The notes under the pieces: model-generated | What the model was told of the DNA's origin: nothing | What the model saw: the letters and a program-made list of their open reading frames with translations, nothing else | Databases searched by the model: none | Program-made: the position numbers and the translations under genes | Part shown: positions 38,844 through 52,564 of the stretch, piece after piece | Layout: each line of letters opens with the position of its first letter | Position numbering within the stretch: the first letter of the stretch is position 1 | Assembly (NCBI RefSeq): GCF_963676685.1 | Contig: NC_092354.1 | Span: forward strand, 64,790,001 to 64,854,000 | Source: Mytilus edulis | Lineage: Eukaryota | DNA length: 64,000 nucleotides | Direction: 5' to 3'

Positions 38844-41800
38844 GCAATATAATATTTTAAAGTAAAATTTGTTTTAAACTAAGATTTTGTCGTTGATGAC
38901 GTCATGCATTTTGAAGATTTATTGCACGCTGACTTTTGGTTACTTTCTGTGGTAAATATTATATTTCTATACAATATTAACACATATTCATGGTTTCATG
39001 TTCATATAGATATAGTATGAGCATAGCAGCTTTGAATATGCGCAATTTGTGTATATCTTAATTCTTGCATTTATAAGCTTTAAAAAAAAATAAGCGAATT
39101 TTATTTGTTTACATTTTTTTTCATTCGATATTTCAACATTTAAACACTGTAAACAATTATATTTTCATGTTAAACCAAGTGATATAGTTTAATATTGGAA
39201 AAATATCTTAATACATCTTTCAAATCAATAAAATATTTTTGTCTTACCATATTTCCACAAGTTCATAATTTTCCCCCGTATGATAATAATTGCATGTTAT
39301 TATGCATATAGTATTATTGTCCGCCATCTTGTAAACAAAACTAATTTAAACAATGGTTGAACATAAATGCTTACTCACCCTAAACACCAAACGAAACTTT
39401 AAATTAAAATAATTGGGACAATATTTAAAATATGTTGTTTAAAAATTGTTAATAATACATAAATATTCGAGCTTACATTGCAGTATTTTCAAATACAGCT
39501 ATCATTATCTTTGAAATGATTTTGTTTTGTTCGTAAAATAGAAGATTATTGGTAACTATACACTTAATTTTATAATAACTGTGTTTATGACTGTCATATA
39601 ATGTCGACATATTGATGTTTGTATTAATTAAGACAAACAAATAATCTTGCCTTTATGCAATCATGAGTAAATAGTCTGCTGCAGAATATTTTTTATGAAA
39701 TATTTAAATCAGACGGTTACCTTTATTAGCTTTAACGTCAATATGAGACTTCATAATTGAGAGTGATTTGGCTCCATAAATTCATATGTATGAGGGTCCA
39801 GAGGGGGTTTACAGAAACAAAAATATTGGGAAAAAAGTAAAGAATAAATGGCAAAATAAATGACAGAATATAGAGAATTATAAGTTGCTAAAATATAAAG
39901 AACAAATAATGATGGGAAAAATAAATACAAAATATAGAACAATGTCAAAAGATTAAAGTGTAAATGTGGTTGCATAGTCGCCACGTCAAACCTATGGTCG
40001 GTAATGCAGTTTTACCACCATTTTTTCTTAAAATGTCCTGTATTCTTAATCGATTTATGAATTTTGAACAGTAGTATACTACTGTTGCCTTTATTTGCGA
40101 GGGATACATAATCATATTTCGTACAATATTTGCACCTGAAGTTAAAATCATCAAGTATATTTGAAGCATTGAAGACCCATTGGTGGCCTTTGGCTGTTGT
40201 CGGCTCTTTGGTCTGGTTGTTGTTTCTTTGACACATTCCCCATTACCATTCTCAATTTTATTTGACAAATATAATTAAGTCTTAAAAAATTTCTATGATT
40301 TTATTTGATTGTAAATTTTATAGTTGCATGGTTTTGAAAATATACATGATTTGTACCAACTAATTAAAACTAGACGTATAATGCAAGACGTTATATAATT
40401 TATTTATACATTTCACCAGTCGCAATATATGTTTATATTGTTGCCAAAAAAGGAAAGATATTTATCAAATGTTTAGTATCTTGAACTTCAATGCCACGTT
40501 TTATCAACTTAAGTGAAGAGCTTTCCCTATAACCCTTCAATATAAGTACGTTTATTTAATTTATTATATTTCTTTACGACACTTTTAACATAACATAATT
40601 CATAATTTATTTCTGAAGTATGACCAAGAAAACCAAAAAATTAGATTAAAAAATTAAGTGTATTAGGAAAAAAAAACACGACAAAACATTTACCGTGACT
40701 GCTTATCTTGTTTGAATTATGTTATGCTGTCCAGACACGTGATGTATATTTTCGGCTATCCAAAGTTGAAGTTTCCATTATAACTTGTAGGAGTTCTTCT
40801 GAAGAAATGTTTCGTGTTCATGGAAATCGTATCGAACGTTTTTCGCTTCCAGTTGGTCAGTACCAATAATTGAGGACGATAAAACACTAATTAAACAAAA
40901 ACGCCTGCCAACAAGCCCGTGCTTCGGTATCATGATCAGCATCATTTAAATGAATTTAGGTCTGTATTTCTTTATTCATAACATTATTTCGGTATATCAT
41001 ATTAAGTCTCCAACTCCTTAAAGAAAAGATGGTCCCGGACAGATTTGAAATATTTAGTATGTTACTATCAATATCGTAGATCCCAGCTAACCTTTATTCT
41101 ATAATAATGTGTATCGTGATAAACATATTTTTTGCAATTAAACTACTTCAGCCCGTCTACTGTTGCACCACAACTATCTGCGGTTAAAAAAAAAATCACT
41201 AGTGTTTCGGTAATTTTACTATCTAAGGGTCGGTTTATTTGGTCTGAAGGTTTTCTATTTATTGAGTAGCACGATGGCGTTAGAGCAGAGACAGTAAATA
41301 CGTGTATTATGCAAAAAATACATAATCTCTACTTTTGAAGGTCCACATTGTTGTTGTATGTTTAATTCCAACCTTGTCGATATAAAGGAATATATGCTTT
41401 TGTTTCCGAAATGATATCTGCAACTTTCGAATTTTTTGCTAAAAAGTAAAAAATCAAAACTACAGAACCCCGCTGAAAATTCAAAACGGAAAGTCCCTCA
41501 TCAATGACAAAATCAAATGATAAAACATATCAAACGAATGGACAACAACTGTCATATTTCTGACTTGGTACAGGCATTCTCAAATGTAGAAAATAGTGGA
41601 TTGAACCTAGTTTTCGAGCACTAAACCTTTCACATGTATGACAGACGCAATAAACAATGCTTTTTCAGCTTCGCATATTTTGCCTTTTTCAATCATTTTA
41701 TTTGAGAGCCACTGGTCATTTGTAGACTGGTTGAAAATAATTGAAGCCTGGTGCCTATTAAAAATTTAGTTAACGCACACTTGTATTTGAAAACAAATTT

Positions 41801-42279
41801 TGGCTTTTTCAGTTTGGGTGTTAAATAAACAAAAACCAAAAGACACAACTAGAAGTGAAAATACACAAAAGACACGTGACTGTGGCATATATCTAGCTCC
41901 ACCTCATCTAAGTCTAGAAAAGATGATAAGTTTTGCATATGTATCTTTGACTATATATAAAATATATTATTCTACACATAACTAGTAATAACCTTTTACT
42001 GAACTGTGTTTGCATATATTTTTTTTGCCAAATGTTTGATTCCTTGGCCTCGATATGTTCAATAGTAACACAAATGGGTCAACATGGTTAAACTACCTAT
42101 TTGTTCTTCTTCAAATTCCACACAAGAATATATTATAGTTTATTAAAATTGGTATGAATGTCTGTTAGAAAATTAGGATAGATTGATTGGTGTCAAAGAC
42201 CACTTCTTTACAGGACACGACAAAAGAGCCGCTGGAGACTAGGACCCAGTTAACCCCGTGCTATTTTGTGGAGGTTATT

Positions 42280-42430
42280 TTTTTTAATGGTGGAGGAAGC
42301 CGGAGTACCCGGAGATATCCAACAAACGTCGGTAGGAAAATTCACAATCCCAGCAAATTAAGAATTGGAGTCGAACACAACTGCAATGTGCCAGATTCGA
42401 ACTCACAACTTCAGTATTGACAAACTAGTG
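42280..42430 (-). mobile_element. Degenerate tRNA-derived SINE fragment
   Basis: Minus-strand B-box GAGTTCGAATC (~42404-42394) followed by a GC-rich core (CCGGGTACTCCGGCTTCCTCCACCA) typical of metazoan SINEs. Confidence 0.55.
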
Positions 42431-43462
42431 ATAAACTCTATATGATCATATGCGGTACATCTTTAATATCATTGTATATAATGCATATTAAGTTAAACAA
42501 TAATAAAATTATTTTTTGCTCAATGTAAAAAAGATAGAAGATACCAAGTGAGGAAATCCTTTTCAATAGACACAATGACCAAATTAATGAAAAAATGACA
42601 CACAACATTAACTAAACGTTTCACGAAAAAATTAAGTATAAATAACATAAACCAGAATACAACTAATTTAATGATGATATGTTGTATACTACCCAGCTTT
42701 CAATACAGTTTACTAATTATAGATACATGTACGTATTATCGTAAAAAAGTCTTATTGTGGTTGCCATCCCTTAACGTTAATCCTACAGCTCTTGTATTGC
42801 TCCTTTTCGTCTATGTCCATCAGAGAGGGTAAAAGACTTAATTGAGACAATATATGTCTGAAAACTCTGTTATTAGATACAGGAAGATATGGTGTGAGTG
42901 CCAATGAGACAACTCTCCATCCAAATAACAATTTATAAAAGTAAACCATTATAGGTCAATGTACGGTCTTCAACACGAGATCCTTGGCTCACCCCTAACA
43001 ACAAGCTATAAAGGGCCCCAAAATTACAAGTGTAAAACCATTCAAACGAGAAAACCAACGGTCTAATCTATATAAAAAATACGAGAAACGAAAAACACGT
43101 ATAAATTACATAAACAAACGACAACTACTGTACATCAGATTCCTGACTTAGGACAGGTGCAAACATTTGCAGCTGGATTTAACGTTTGAATGGTACCAAA
43201 CCTTTTCCCTTTTTCAGAAACAATAGCATTACATCACAAAATAGAAAAACACACGATAAAATATCATTTGCCAGGCTTAATTGTATATTATAGTTTAATT
43301 ATAAAAATTACATTCCTCTAACAAACATTGATATAAATCAAAAGATATGAGGGGTACATAAAAAAATGCATCAAATCATCATAATTTGTTTATTGGTAAT
43401 TACTATATGTACGTATAAAATGTTTAACGATAATCTCTAGGGTCTAGAAACGTAAGTTCAGT

Positions 43463-44956
43463 TTAATTTGATACTGTAACATTTTGTCGTATATCTTCTG
43501 AATTATCTTGTATACTTCCACTATGTAAAGACTTCTCAGTTGCTGTAACACTTAAATTACCATAATCCTTTTCCTTTCTCTTTCTTGATTTTGCTCCATC
43601 CGTTTTAACCTTACCTATCAGACCTCGTTTTGGTATTTTAGGAAGCGTTAAGGCAGTGGCACGTGGTATGTTTCGATTACTAACAGTTTCCATGACTCTT
43701 GCTTGGTCCTTCACATTCTTAACGATGTTTTGATGATGTGATACTTCTTGGTCACGTGACTGTTCAAATGTATCTGATGTTCTGGTTTCACCGTCTAAGC
43801 ATTGGACGGATCTCTTGAAAACTTCCTTCTTTAGTCCTTCTATCTTTTGAACATGTAAAAGCCATGCTCTTCTTTCGTTATATTTGCGTTTTTCAATTTC
43901 TTGAAAACGTTTCTGTGACGCTTCAAACTCCTCTTCTCTTTTGTGTTCCAACTCTTGCATGCGATGAAGAAATGCTTCCTGTTCTCGTTGTTTCGTCTGT
44001 TCAAGGTGACTAACTCTGTTTTTCAATTTTTCAACGTTCTTCTGTTTTTGTTTCTCGATTTCAAGAATTCTTTGTTGTAAAGCATCATTTTCCATTTGGA
44101 ATTCTTTATCCTTTCTTTGTAGCATTCGACAAAAAGCAAAATTGTTAGCTCTTCGTCTTTTCTCAAATTCAACCATTCTTCTTTTAAGCATTAGATTATC
44201 AGTCTTTTTCTTTTTCTCTATTTTTCTAATCTGTGTTTGAATTTCGTCCCTATAACTTTGTTCTAGTTCCCTTTCGTCATTTTTTCTTGTCAACTTCCGT
44301 TCTAATAGCCTCTGCCATTGAATTTCTTCCATTCGGATATGAGTCGTGATTGGTTCAAGATTACGTATGGTCCCCACTGTCCGACTAGGTTCTTTTTCAA
44401 ATGGTTCATGCTTCCAAGTGTAAGGCAACAATATTGTATTATCAGTGTCAGTATTTTCTAGATCATCATGTTTTGAAGGAATAATTTCCTTTGTCTCTGT
44501 AAGTTGACTTTTTATGAGTTTGCTCCGTTCATTACTTGGGTCTTTCTCTTGTTCGTCATAGGCTGCTACTACAGAGCTACTATATATCGATTCCTTTCCG
44601 TCTGGATTATCTTTCTCGTTTATGTATTCCTTAATTTCTTCATCTTTGACTTTCACATTTTCGTCGTTTCTTCCCGCCATTTGATGAACTGCTTTGGCAG
44701 AGCCACTATCTACAAAATTGTTTCTGTCTTGATTTTTCTTTCCATTTACGTTATCCATCAACTCCTCATTTCCCTCATTGGTATTTTCGTTATTTCGTCT
44801 TTCTTGTTGGTGTCCAGATGTATGCTCCTCTTCACTCGCTTTTGTTGAATTAGTTCTATTATATTGGTTTGTAATATCGTCGATTAAATCTTCCTTGTCA
44901 CGTACTTTTTCTTTCTTTCCTTTTTCCACGTTTCTTGTTTCTCTTTGATCGCCCAT
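43463..44956 (-). CDS. 497-aa protein: acidic disordered N-terminus plus 18-residue-repeat helical region; single coding exon
   Basis: Long ORF; acceptor ttttattttccag near 45008, 5'UTR intron likely; repeats RILEIEKQKQKNVEKLKN / RVSHLEQTKQREQEAFLH / RMQELEHKREEEFEASQK / RFQEIEKRKYNERRAWLL. Confidence 0.85.
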   Translation of the reverse strand: MGDQRETRNVEKGKKEKVRDKEDLIDDITNQYNRTNSTKASEEEHTSGHQQERRNNENTNEGNEELMDNVNGKKNQDRNNFVDSGSAKAVHQMAGRNDENVKVKDEEIKEYINEKDNPDGKESIYSSSVVAAYDEQEKDPSNERSKLIKSQLTETKEIIPSKHDDLENTDTDNTILLPYTWKHEPFEKEPSRTVGTIRNLEPITTHIRMEEIQWQRLLERKLTRKNDERELEQSYRDEIQTQIRKIEKKKKTDNLMLKRRMVEFEKRRRANNFAFCRMLQRKDKEFQMENDALQQRILEIEKQKQKNVEKLKNRVSHLEQTKQREQEAFLHRMQELEHKREEEFEASQKRFQEIEKRKYNERRAWLLHVQKIEGLKKEVFKRSVQCLDGETRTSDTFEQSRDQEVSHHQNIVKNVKDQARVMETVSNRNIPRATALTLPKIPKRGLIGKVKTDGAKSRKRKEKDYGNLSVTATEKSLHSGSIQDNSEDIRQNVTVSN

Positions 44957-45363
44957 TTTGTTTACATATTGACTTTCATATTATTCGGTTAATATAATGT
45001 GTATTCTCTGGAAAATAAAAAGTTACTTGTTAATAACTTCGATACATTCTTTAAGATAGGATTCGTTTTATTTAACAAGGCAATAAGTTTTCTGTATTGT
45101 CTGTATGGTTTGTTTTCAAATCAATTTGCCTGATGTTATTTGTTGTTTACGGGGGGGGGGGGATTGTATCTACACTTTTTAACATACTATACACGTGTCT
45201 ACCTCAAGATTTCCTAAATATACATGAAATATTTGCCACTGGGCAGAAAGCCAACAGTATATAACATGTTATATAGGTAGCCGAATAACTTGTATCGTAC
45301 CAGATTTCAAAAGAAAGAGATTGTTCAAAGTGTGTTTTCTTTATTCCAAAACACATTTGATAA

Positions 45364-45946
45364 AGGAGTAGGTTCAGTAAGACCCCTTTTTGGCCCCAAA
45401 ATATAGGAGTTTTACAAAATTGTGAAAATGTAATCTTTAAGCTATATTTTGGAAAGTAAAATGCTTCTGCTACATAAATATGAGCTGTTTTTGACAATAC
45501 AATGCACACATATCGCGTACTAGCATCATTAAGTCATGCTAAATTACTGAAATCTTCAAAATTTAAGCATTTTGGTTAATTTTTAGACGGTTTCCGTCTA
45601 AGATGAAAGTGACCGCATTCGTGTTCATCCATAATATTGAAATGTAATTTGTAGTTGATGATAATACAAAACATATACAAAGGTTGAGGATGAACACGGA
45701 TGCGGCCACTTTCATTTTTGGCAAAAAATCATCTGAAAAGTGACGTTTTTTGGCATATTTGATAGATTTTTCATATTTAAGCTTGAATCAGACCCATTTT
45801 TTAATGACTAAATCAGTTAAAATCTTTCACATAAACTATTCGAATTAATTGAAATAGACACTTAAGTGTTTAAAAAGTATCCAAAAACATTCGTTAGATG
45901 AACCTGAAATTTGAGGCCAAAATCGGCCCTTACCGGACCTACTCCT
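45364..45946. mobile_element. Non-autonomous TIR DNA transposon (~580 bp, Kolobok-like termini)
   Basis: AGGAGTAGGTTCAGTAAG ... CTTACCGGACCTACTCCT; second copy at 1-356. Confidence 0.85.
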
Positions 45947-47515
45947 TTCAAATTTTTAATTCGAATGCATTCTGAATTAAATATTAAGTTTATGAATTTT
46001 GATCATCTAAAACAATACCAACAAAGAAGAATAAAAATTAAACTCGGGACACAAGTAGAAAAAAATATAGTTTCATCATAAATAACAGGTACTTACGTCT
46101 TAAATCAAGTCCATGTCTATATAGTCTTTGATTAGATTTGTTGATAGTGAAAATATACAACACAAAACTAGAGTAATTAAATTTTGTCATACGTTTAGAA
46201 ACATAAGCAACATAATTCCATGTATAATTGAAATGCATGAATAATGAATTACAGTATCGATCTTTCAAAAATAGGGTATAATTACAAAAACCAATAACTT
46301 TCCTTAGTCAAAAAGACAATTATAGTAAAATTAAAAAACACAGATGTTTTCTGCAATTAAAGCAATTTGAAACTAAATATTTTGTATTTGTAGAAAGTAG
46401 CTTTTAAACAAAAAAGCACTAAGTCTTATAATTGACTTCAAAAGTACATCCGTCACCTTTTTATTTTTTTAGCATTTCGCTTTTGTTTATGTTACCATTC
46501 TATTCAGCTTTGCAAGAGACCAAGAGTTGCATGATGGCAACTGGCAAGTATTACACGATTATGGACGAGAATTCATTCAAAAATAAATCGAAAAGATAAT
46601 TTTTCGCAAAGAATATCGAGCAAGATGAGAAGCCACCAAAAAAGGTTACGGTGACCTATAGTTCCTATTCTTATATATCATTTGGTCTCGGATGTAGTGC
46701 TTTTTATATATATGGTATTTACAGAACACTGTTTTGCGGCAGCCTATAGACATGATAGAATTGTATCTTTATTAAATCTGTATTCCTGAATATTGACATC
46801 AATATAATTTAATGAATTTAGTCTACTATCTAATTAAAGCATGATTTTGTTTTAATTTGGATTAAAAACTATGTGGTGCCTGGGAAAGGGAGGCCTTCAA
46901 ACATTAGCAATATAACAATAAAAATGTACCTACAAAGCTCTATTGGTCAGATTTCTTCGTATAGAGAGTTTTTCACAATTCAAAACAACATATACATATA
47001 GAGAGAGAGAACCGTTGTACAAATGTAACACACACTTTGATGAACTCACAGATGACCTTACACAGGGCAAAATGCCGACTCTAACTAAAATATCGATACT
47101 CTTGTATTTCAAAAGCAATTCCCTAACCCTCATTTCGGGTGACCCAGTTTGTAGAAATCAAGATTGATTGTTAACGATTGAATTCCCGTCCAAAGTATGT
47201 ATGAACTATTTGCTGCTGAACATAAAACGAAAAATAATTTAGTCGATAATCGGCAATGTATCTAAAATTGAAAACGCAAAGAAGAAGTCAATACCTTACG
47301 TCATTATTTAATTTGTTATAAATAATAATTGAAAATAATTTGATATTGCATTACATACAATATCGAAGAACCATGACATTTTCTGAGGACAGATTCATCC
47401 GTAAAACAATTTTTCTTTTTTAAAACGTAGTTTTTTTTTTTATTTTATTCATCAGAGATATTCACCACTAGACCGTAGTTAAAGGGCGATAATTCGCTCT
47501 ATACACAATGTTTTA

Positions 47516-50500
47516 TTAAGGTTTGATAGTACTTTTCATATTATGAGGGGTCATTTTGTCATTTTTCATTTTGACCTTGATTACACTTATATGTCTTTGC
47601 CATGTTGCGTGTCCGTCTTTGTTTTTCCTTTCTTTTGCGGAAAGTTTTCTTTGAAAGGCATCCTTTTCCTCCCTCATTTTTCTCTCTATTTGCAAAATTC
47701 TTTGTTCAGAATTATATCTATTTTCCTGTTGTTTTTGTTCAATATCATGAATTTTTCTATATAAACTGTGCCTTTCTGCCACTTTTCGACTTTCGATTTG
47801 TTCCAGTTTTTTTCGTGTAATTTCCCTGAAATGTGTAATATAAGGTTGTTTGATTATTAGTTACAGTATATCTTTATGTATAGGAGTATACACAATTTAA
47901 ATACTTTTATCTGAAAGTTTTGTGTGAATGTCGCAAAACGTTAAGGGAACTTTTGCCGAGTTCCTCTATATGCACTTAATCTCTAGCCAATCAACAGTAC
48001 ATATTTCCAGTCGATTCACTATGTGATAACCGATGAAGTAGTATGATGGCCTATGAGACAACTCTTCACAAGAGACCAGGTGACATAGAAATTAAAACAA
48101 ATTTAGGTCAACGTACGACATTCAACAATGTGCAAAACCCATAACACATCGTCAGTTATAAAATGCGCCCAAATGACAAATGTAAACCAATTGAAAGGAG
48201 AAAACTAACGACCTGATCTATGTACAAAATAATGAACGAAAAAACAAATATGATATATATCAACAAACGACAACCATTGAAATACAGGCTTCTGGTCCGA
48301 GACCACAATTATTTCATAGTGCATTTCTTTTAGAACATAGATGAAAATAAAAAAATCACACCTGCGCTTTCTCAAAGAAACTTTAACAGTGTGTTGTACT
48401 ACTTTTTGGACAAATTATATAAAAATTATAGAAAACTTCATCGGATCTAACTCAAAATATGAACAATTTTATGTTTAGGGCGTCTTGAAATCTTTCGAAA
48501 TGCTATTTGTAAACCTTTTTCAGCTGGACCAAATCACTACTTTCCTTTAAATTTCTGGACCCAAATTTTTTTACAGTGTAATTTCAACACCCCCCCCCCC
48601 CCTACTTGCAATTTGAGGCATGGAGAAATAAAATTTGGAAAGGGTATCAAAATTAATGGCAAGTAGCCCACTGTCAACACTTTGGACTATATTTGACAAT
48701 TGTGGTCTCGGACCTACTGACTTGGGAAAAGCACATAAAGAATGTCGCGGTGTTATACTAGTCTGACGGCCACCGGACCTGGGACAGTGGTGTGACAGAA
48801 CAACAGGAAAACAGACTATAAAAGTCAGTTGAAAAAAACTTAAGTCATCAGATGACTACAAAGTAGAAATTCGTCTTACAAAAACACAGACCGGACGTGG
48901 CAGGGTACAGGGTACATCCCCACAAGAGAAACTACGCTAAGTACAAATCTATGAGTGCCCAGTAATTGACCGTTAGTACAACGCCAATAACAACTTATAG
49001 AAAAAAATCATGACTCTGAGATAGAGACTTTATTTATAAAAGTAAGACAACGAATGTCACATGTGGAGCAGGATTTATTTTTCGTGTATGTGGTTCGTGT
49101 CGTTCAGTCTTTAGTTGTACATGTTGTGTGTTGTAGACTGTCTTTTGTCATTTGCTACCCTGAACGTTATGCACGGAACAAGTAATGCCAATCGTCTGAG
49201 AAAATCTATATTCCAGTGATATAATCACTCAAAGGAATACCATTTGAACAATTGTAACATTCAAAACAATCTGGATTGGATTTACAGCAACGAGAATAAT
49301 GGGCAAAATGTGCTGAATAAATGGGAAAAAAAGAAAAGAATAGAGAAAAATAAAGAAATTTCGAACAGAGAAAAATGAGGTGATCAGAAAAAGGCTTAAA
49401 ACATTGCAAAATATTGAAATGTCGCATAGAGAAAAACGAGGTGATCAAATATAAAGAATAGAGAATTATAAGCAAAATGAAAAAAATGAAAAGAGAAAGA
49501 GGTCGAAAACAATTCAAAATAAAGTCATGAGAGACCCCAATCAAGACCCCCAAACAAAAAGAAGAAAAATACTTTGATGTATGACATGTTTGTTTTTCGT
49601 TAATTTTATGTACATAACTAATGCCGTTAGTTTTCTCGTTTGAATTGTTTTACATTTGTCCTTTCGGGGCCTTTTATAGCTGAATATGCGATATGGACTT
49701 TGCCCAATGTTGAAGGCCTCACGGTGACTACAATTGTTAACTTCGGTGTCATTTGGTATTTTGCGGAGAGTTGTTTCATTGGCAATCGGACCACATCTTC
49801 TTTTTTATATTTTGTAAGTTCAGCGAATGATTTAAAAGTATTTTTTTCTAATACCCGATTGTATCTAATCATAATATATAATAATAATAATTCTGACCTT
49901 TTTTTCTGCTTTACATTTTCAATATCTTCCAGTTTTTGATAGAAGCTGCCTCTGTTATGATGTTCCTGTTGCAATGCAATCACAGGCAATTTGTCCATTT
50001 TTCTGTCGTTAATATCCGTAAGTGGTCGGTAATAGTCGGAACGAGAAGTGTTGGATTCTAAACATGTTAACGGGGGTAACGTTTGTGCGCTTTGTCTATC
50101 TAACACATTTTGTCTCTTAATCTTCTCCATTTTCTTTATCCTTCGTTGGACAACCTCCTTTTTCAAGTGATGTATTTTGTGAACTTCGTTAGCTACTTTG
50201 TGATACTCTATTAGATCGTCCGTTGAAAACGAGTCTCTCTCGGTACTAACGCTTGATTCTGACGAATGGTGGGAATCGGCAACATGATGCTTTAGCCTTT
50301 CAAGTCTACCTTTCCATGCACACATAGAAGACTCGCATCGTACATATTTGCTCTCTATTATGTTTCTCAAATCAGTATTATCACTGTACGTAGCCTGTGC
50401 TCCACAGGTAGGGCATGTTTTGTTTCCTCGTTTAGTCCATTCTTTGACGCATGACAAGCAATATAAATGTCCGTTACAACATTGCTGTGGTTGATTCAAA

Positions 50501-51056
50501 ATTAATCGACTGAAAATAAACAAAATGTTCAAATTTTTTTTAAAGTAAGGCTATTTTTTAAAACAAAAATACAAAAGTGTATACGCAGAAATATCTCGTC
50601 TGCCTTACTACAATGTAATAAGATTTTATGTTGATAGTCCTAAGGCCAAATTGTTGAGACTTATTGTAATTACTCCAAACAATTTGATACCTAGTGAAAT
50701 AAAAAAAAAACTTTCTTGTTTTTACCCTGCAAGTGAAACGAATACTGCGGATATATAATATTTGACATACAAACATGCACATTTTATCCAATAAATTGTC
50801 GTTATTATATATTTACTCAAACAAACGGATACAATTCTTAACAAGTATTATCTCGCCAAGACTCGTTTCGTTAATTACATGAAACAATAAAAATATTTGC
50901 TAGTCTCTTCCTTTCGTTTTTATATAATCGTGTTTATAGTAGGTCTAATTAGGGATCTTACCAAATAGAACATTTATACTCTAATCTTTCTCTTTTAGAA
51001 AGGTCCAGGAATATCTCGTTATCATGTCCTCCAACTTCAACCAATGTTTCATCCAT
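47516..51056 (-). CDS. RING-HC + zinc finger + 18-residue-repeat helical protein (paralogue B, 338 aa), putative E3 ligase
   Basis: Manually spliced exons 51056-50962, 50509-49898 and 47825-47516; GT/AG, both phase 2; 1017 nt. MDETLVEVGGHDNEIFLDLSKRERLEYK-CSIC-RLILNQPQQ-CCNGH-LY-CLSC-VKEWTKRGNKT-CPTC. First intron falls in the same Cys codon as in paralogue A, and the repeat register continues across exon 2/3. Confidence 0.9.
48294..48714. mobile_element. MITE nested in a copy of the dispersed repeat within intron 2 of paralogue B
   Basis: GGTCCGAGACCACAATT ... AATTGTGGTCTCGGACC interrupts the motif ACAGGCTCCTGACTTGGG; a solitary terminus occurs at ~19757-19772. Confidence 0.85.
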
Positions 51057-52564
51057 TTATATCATGAACTCTGAGCGAATTATATCACATTGATTCTTAA
51101 ACAAATCGGTCCTAACTATAACATTGTGTTTGTTTAATCTTCGAAGAACAGTAAGTCCAATAGTCCTTCTCTCATGGCGAAACACATTATTGTTCCATCA
51201 TCATGGGGGTTTCTGCGCATGAAAATAAACTTAATGTACTTGTTTGACCTTTAGACGAATTGAAAATCTAATATAAATCAAAAAATTAACTGATTTAGTT
51301 CAGTATTTCGTCTATTGAAACATAAAACTGAATCCAGATGAAGTTTGTCGTCAAATCGAAACACAAAACTTATTTAAACGAAACAAAACACTAGAATATT
51401 CGTGAATCCTAATTTTTCAAAATATTTAGAACACACACAATGACAGATTGAAAACTCCTCTTTAATAGTTTTAAACAATAATAGAACAATCTTTTGAATA
51501 TATACATTAAATACTTTAAGGGTTCAAAATATAACAAATAACTATCAATTTCAGTTTAAAAAGGTGTAAAACGTAATTTGATAGTTTATGCACCGTTTCA
51601 TCTCGGTACCTCTTATTATTATAAACAAATTAAACATAACGTGTTTAACGGTATACTAATTCAAAAGTGGTATATTTGGTGTTTCCCCCTATAACACGTC
51701 TGATACGGTGCTTTTTTACGCTATTTGTTTTTTGTCCGATAATTTTGCTTTTTGTCCGTTGCTTTTTGTTAGCGACACTTTTGCTTTTTGTTAGACTCTT
51801 TTGCTTTTTGTCCGACACTTTTGTTTTGCGTCATTTTTAACGACTTTGATTGGTGTTTGCTTAACGCCCAGAAGCAAATATTTCATGAATATTCCGGGCG
51901 AGAAAAGACTACCGAAACAACTACAAATTTATTTACTACATAATTGGTAGAGCATGGCGAAGACCGCGAAATACGCTTATGAAAAGGAGGGTTTTTTTTT
52001 GTACAGGGGCAGAAATGGTGCTTTACAACATCCCACCTATAATTACGAAAATGGTAAAGTATTAAGCGTGGCACATAAATTGTAAGCCTAACGTGGCTGC
52101 GTATTTACACATCCAACACAACAAAACGGACGTCACCCTAAGGGGGGCAAGCTCCATTGATAATGCAGTGATTCCCTATATATCAATCAATTTTTCCCAT
52201 AAAAGGGGGAGGAGACGTTTGAGATGATTTCATTGGCTCAGTGTATCCTGGAGATTTGAAAAATAATAGTTAGTATCAGCTCAAATTTAATTAGTGAGAA
52301 AACTTCCCTTATCTTAAGTCGACAGACTCTTCTCTTTAAAATTTGAAAGAGGTAAGTACAGACTATAACTATTAACGAGTGAAAAACCTTTTTCACATTT
52401 ACACAAGGAAATGATTTATTTGTAATTTCGTCAATGACTAAAAACGAGGAAGTCATATTAAAACATCACATGTGAATTAGTTCCTGTATAAAATGGATGA
52501 TGTACTTTAAAGTCAGGTGATAATGGTATTCTGATCGATGACTTTAGTGTACATTTAATGAAGG

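Noticed and set aside
49627-49897. C-terminal extension of the 301-aa ORF
   Set aside because: Read-through into intron 2 and a dispersed repeat; the true exon ends at the donor at 49897
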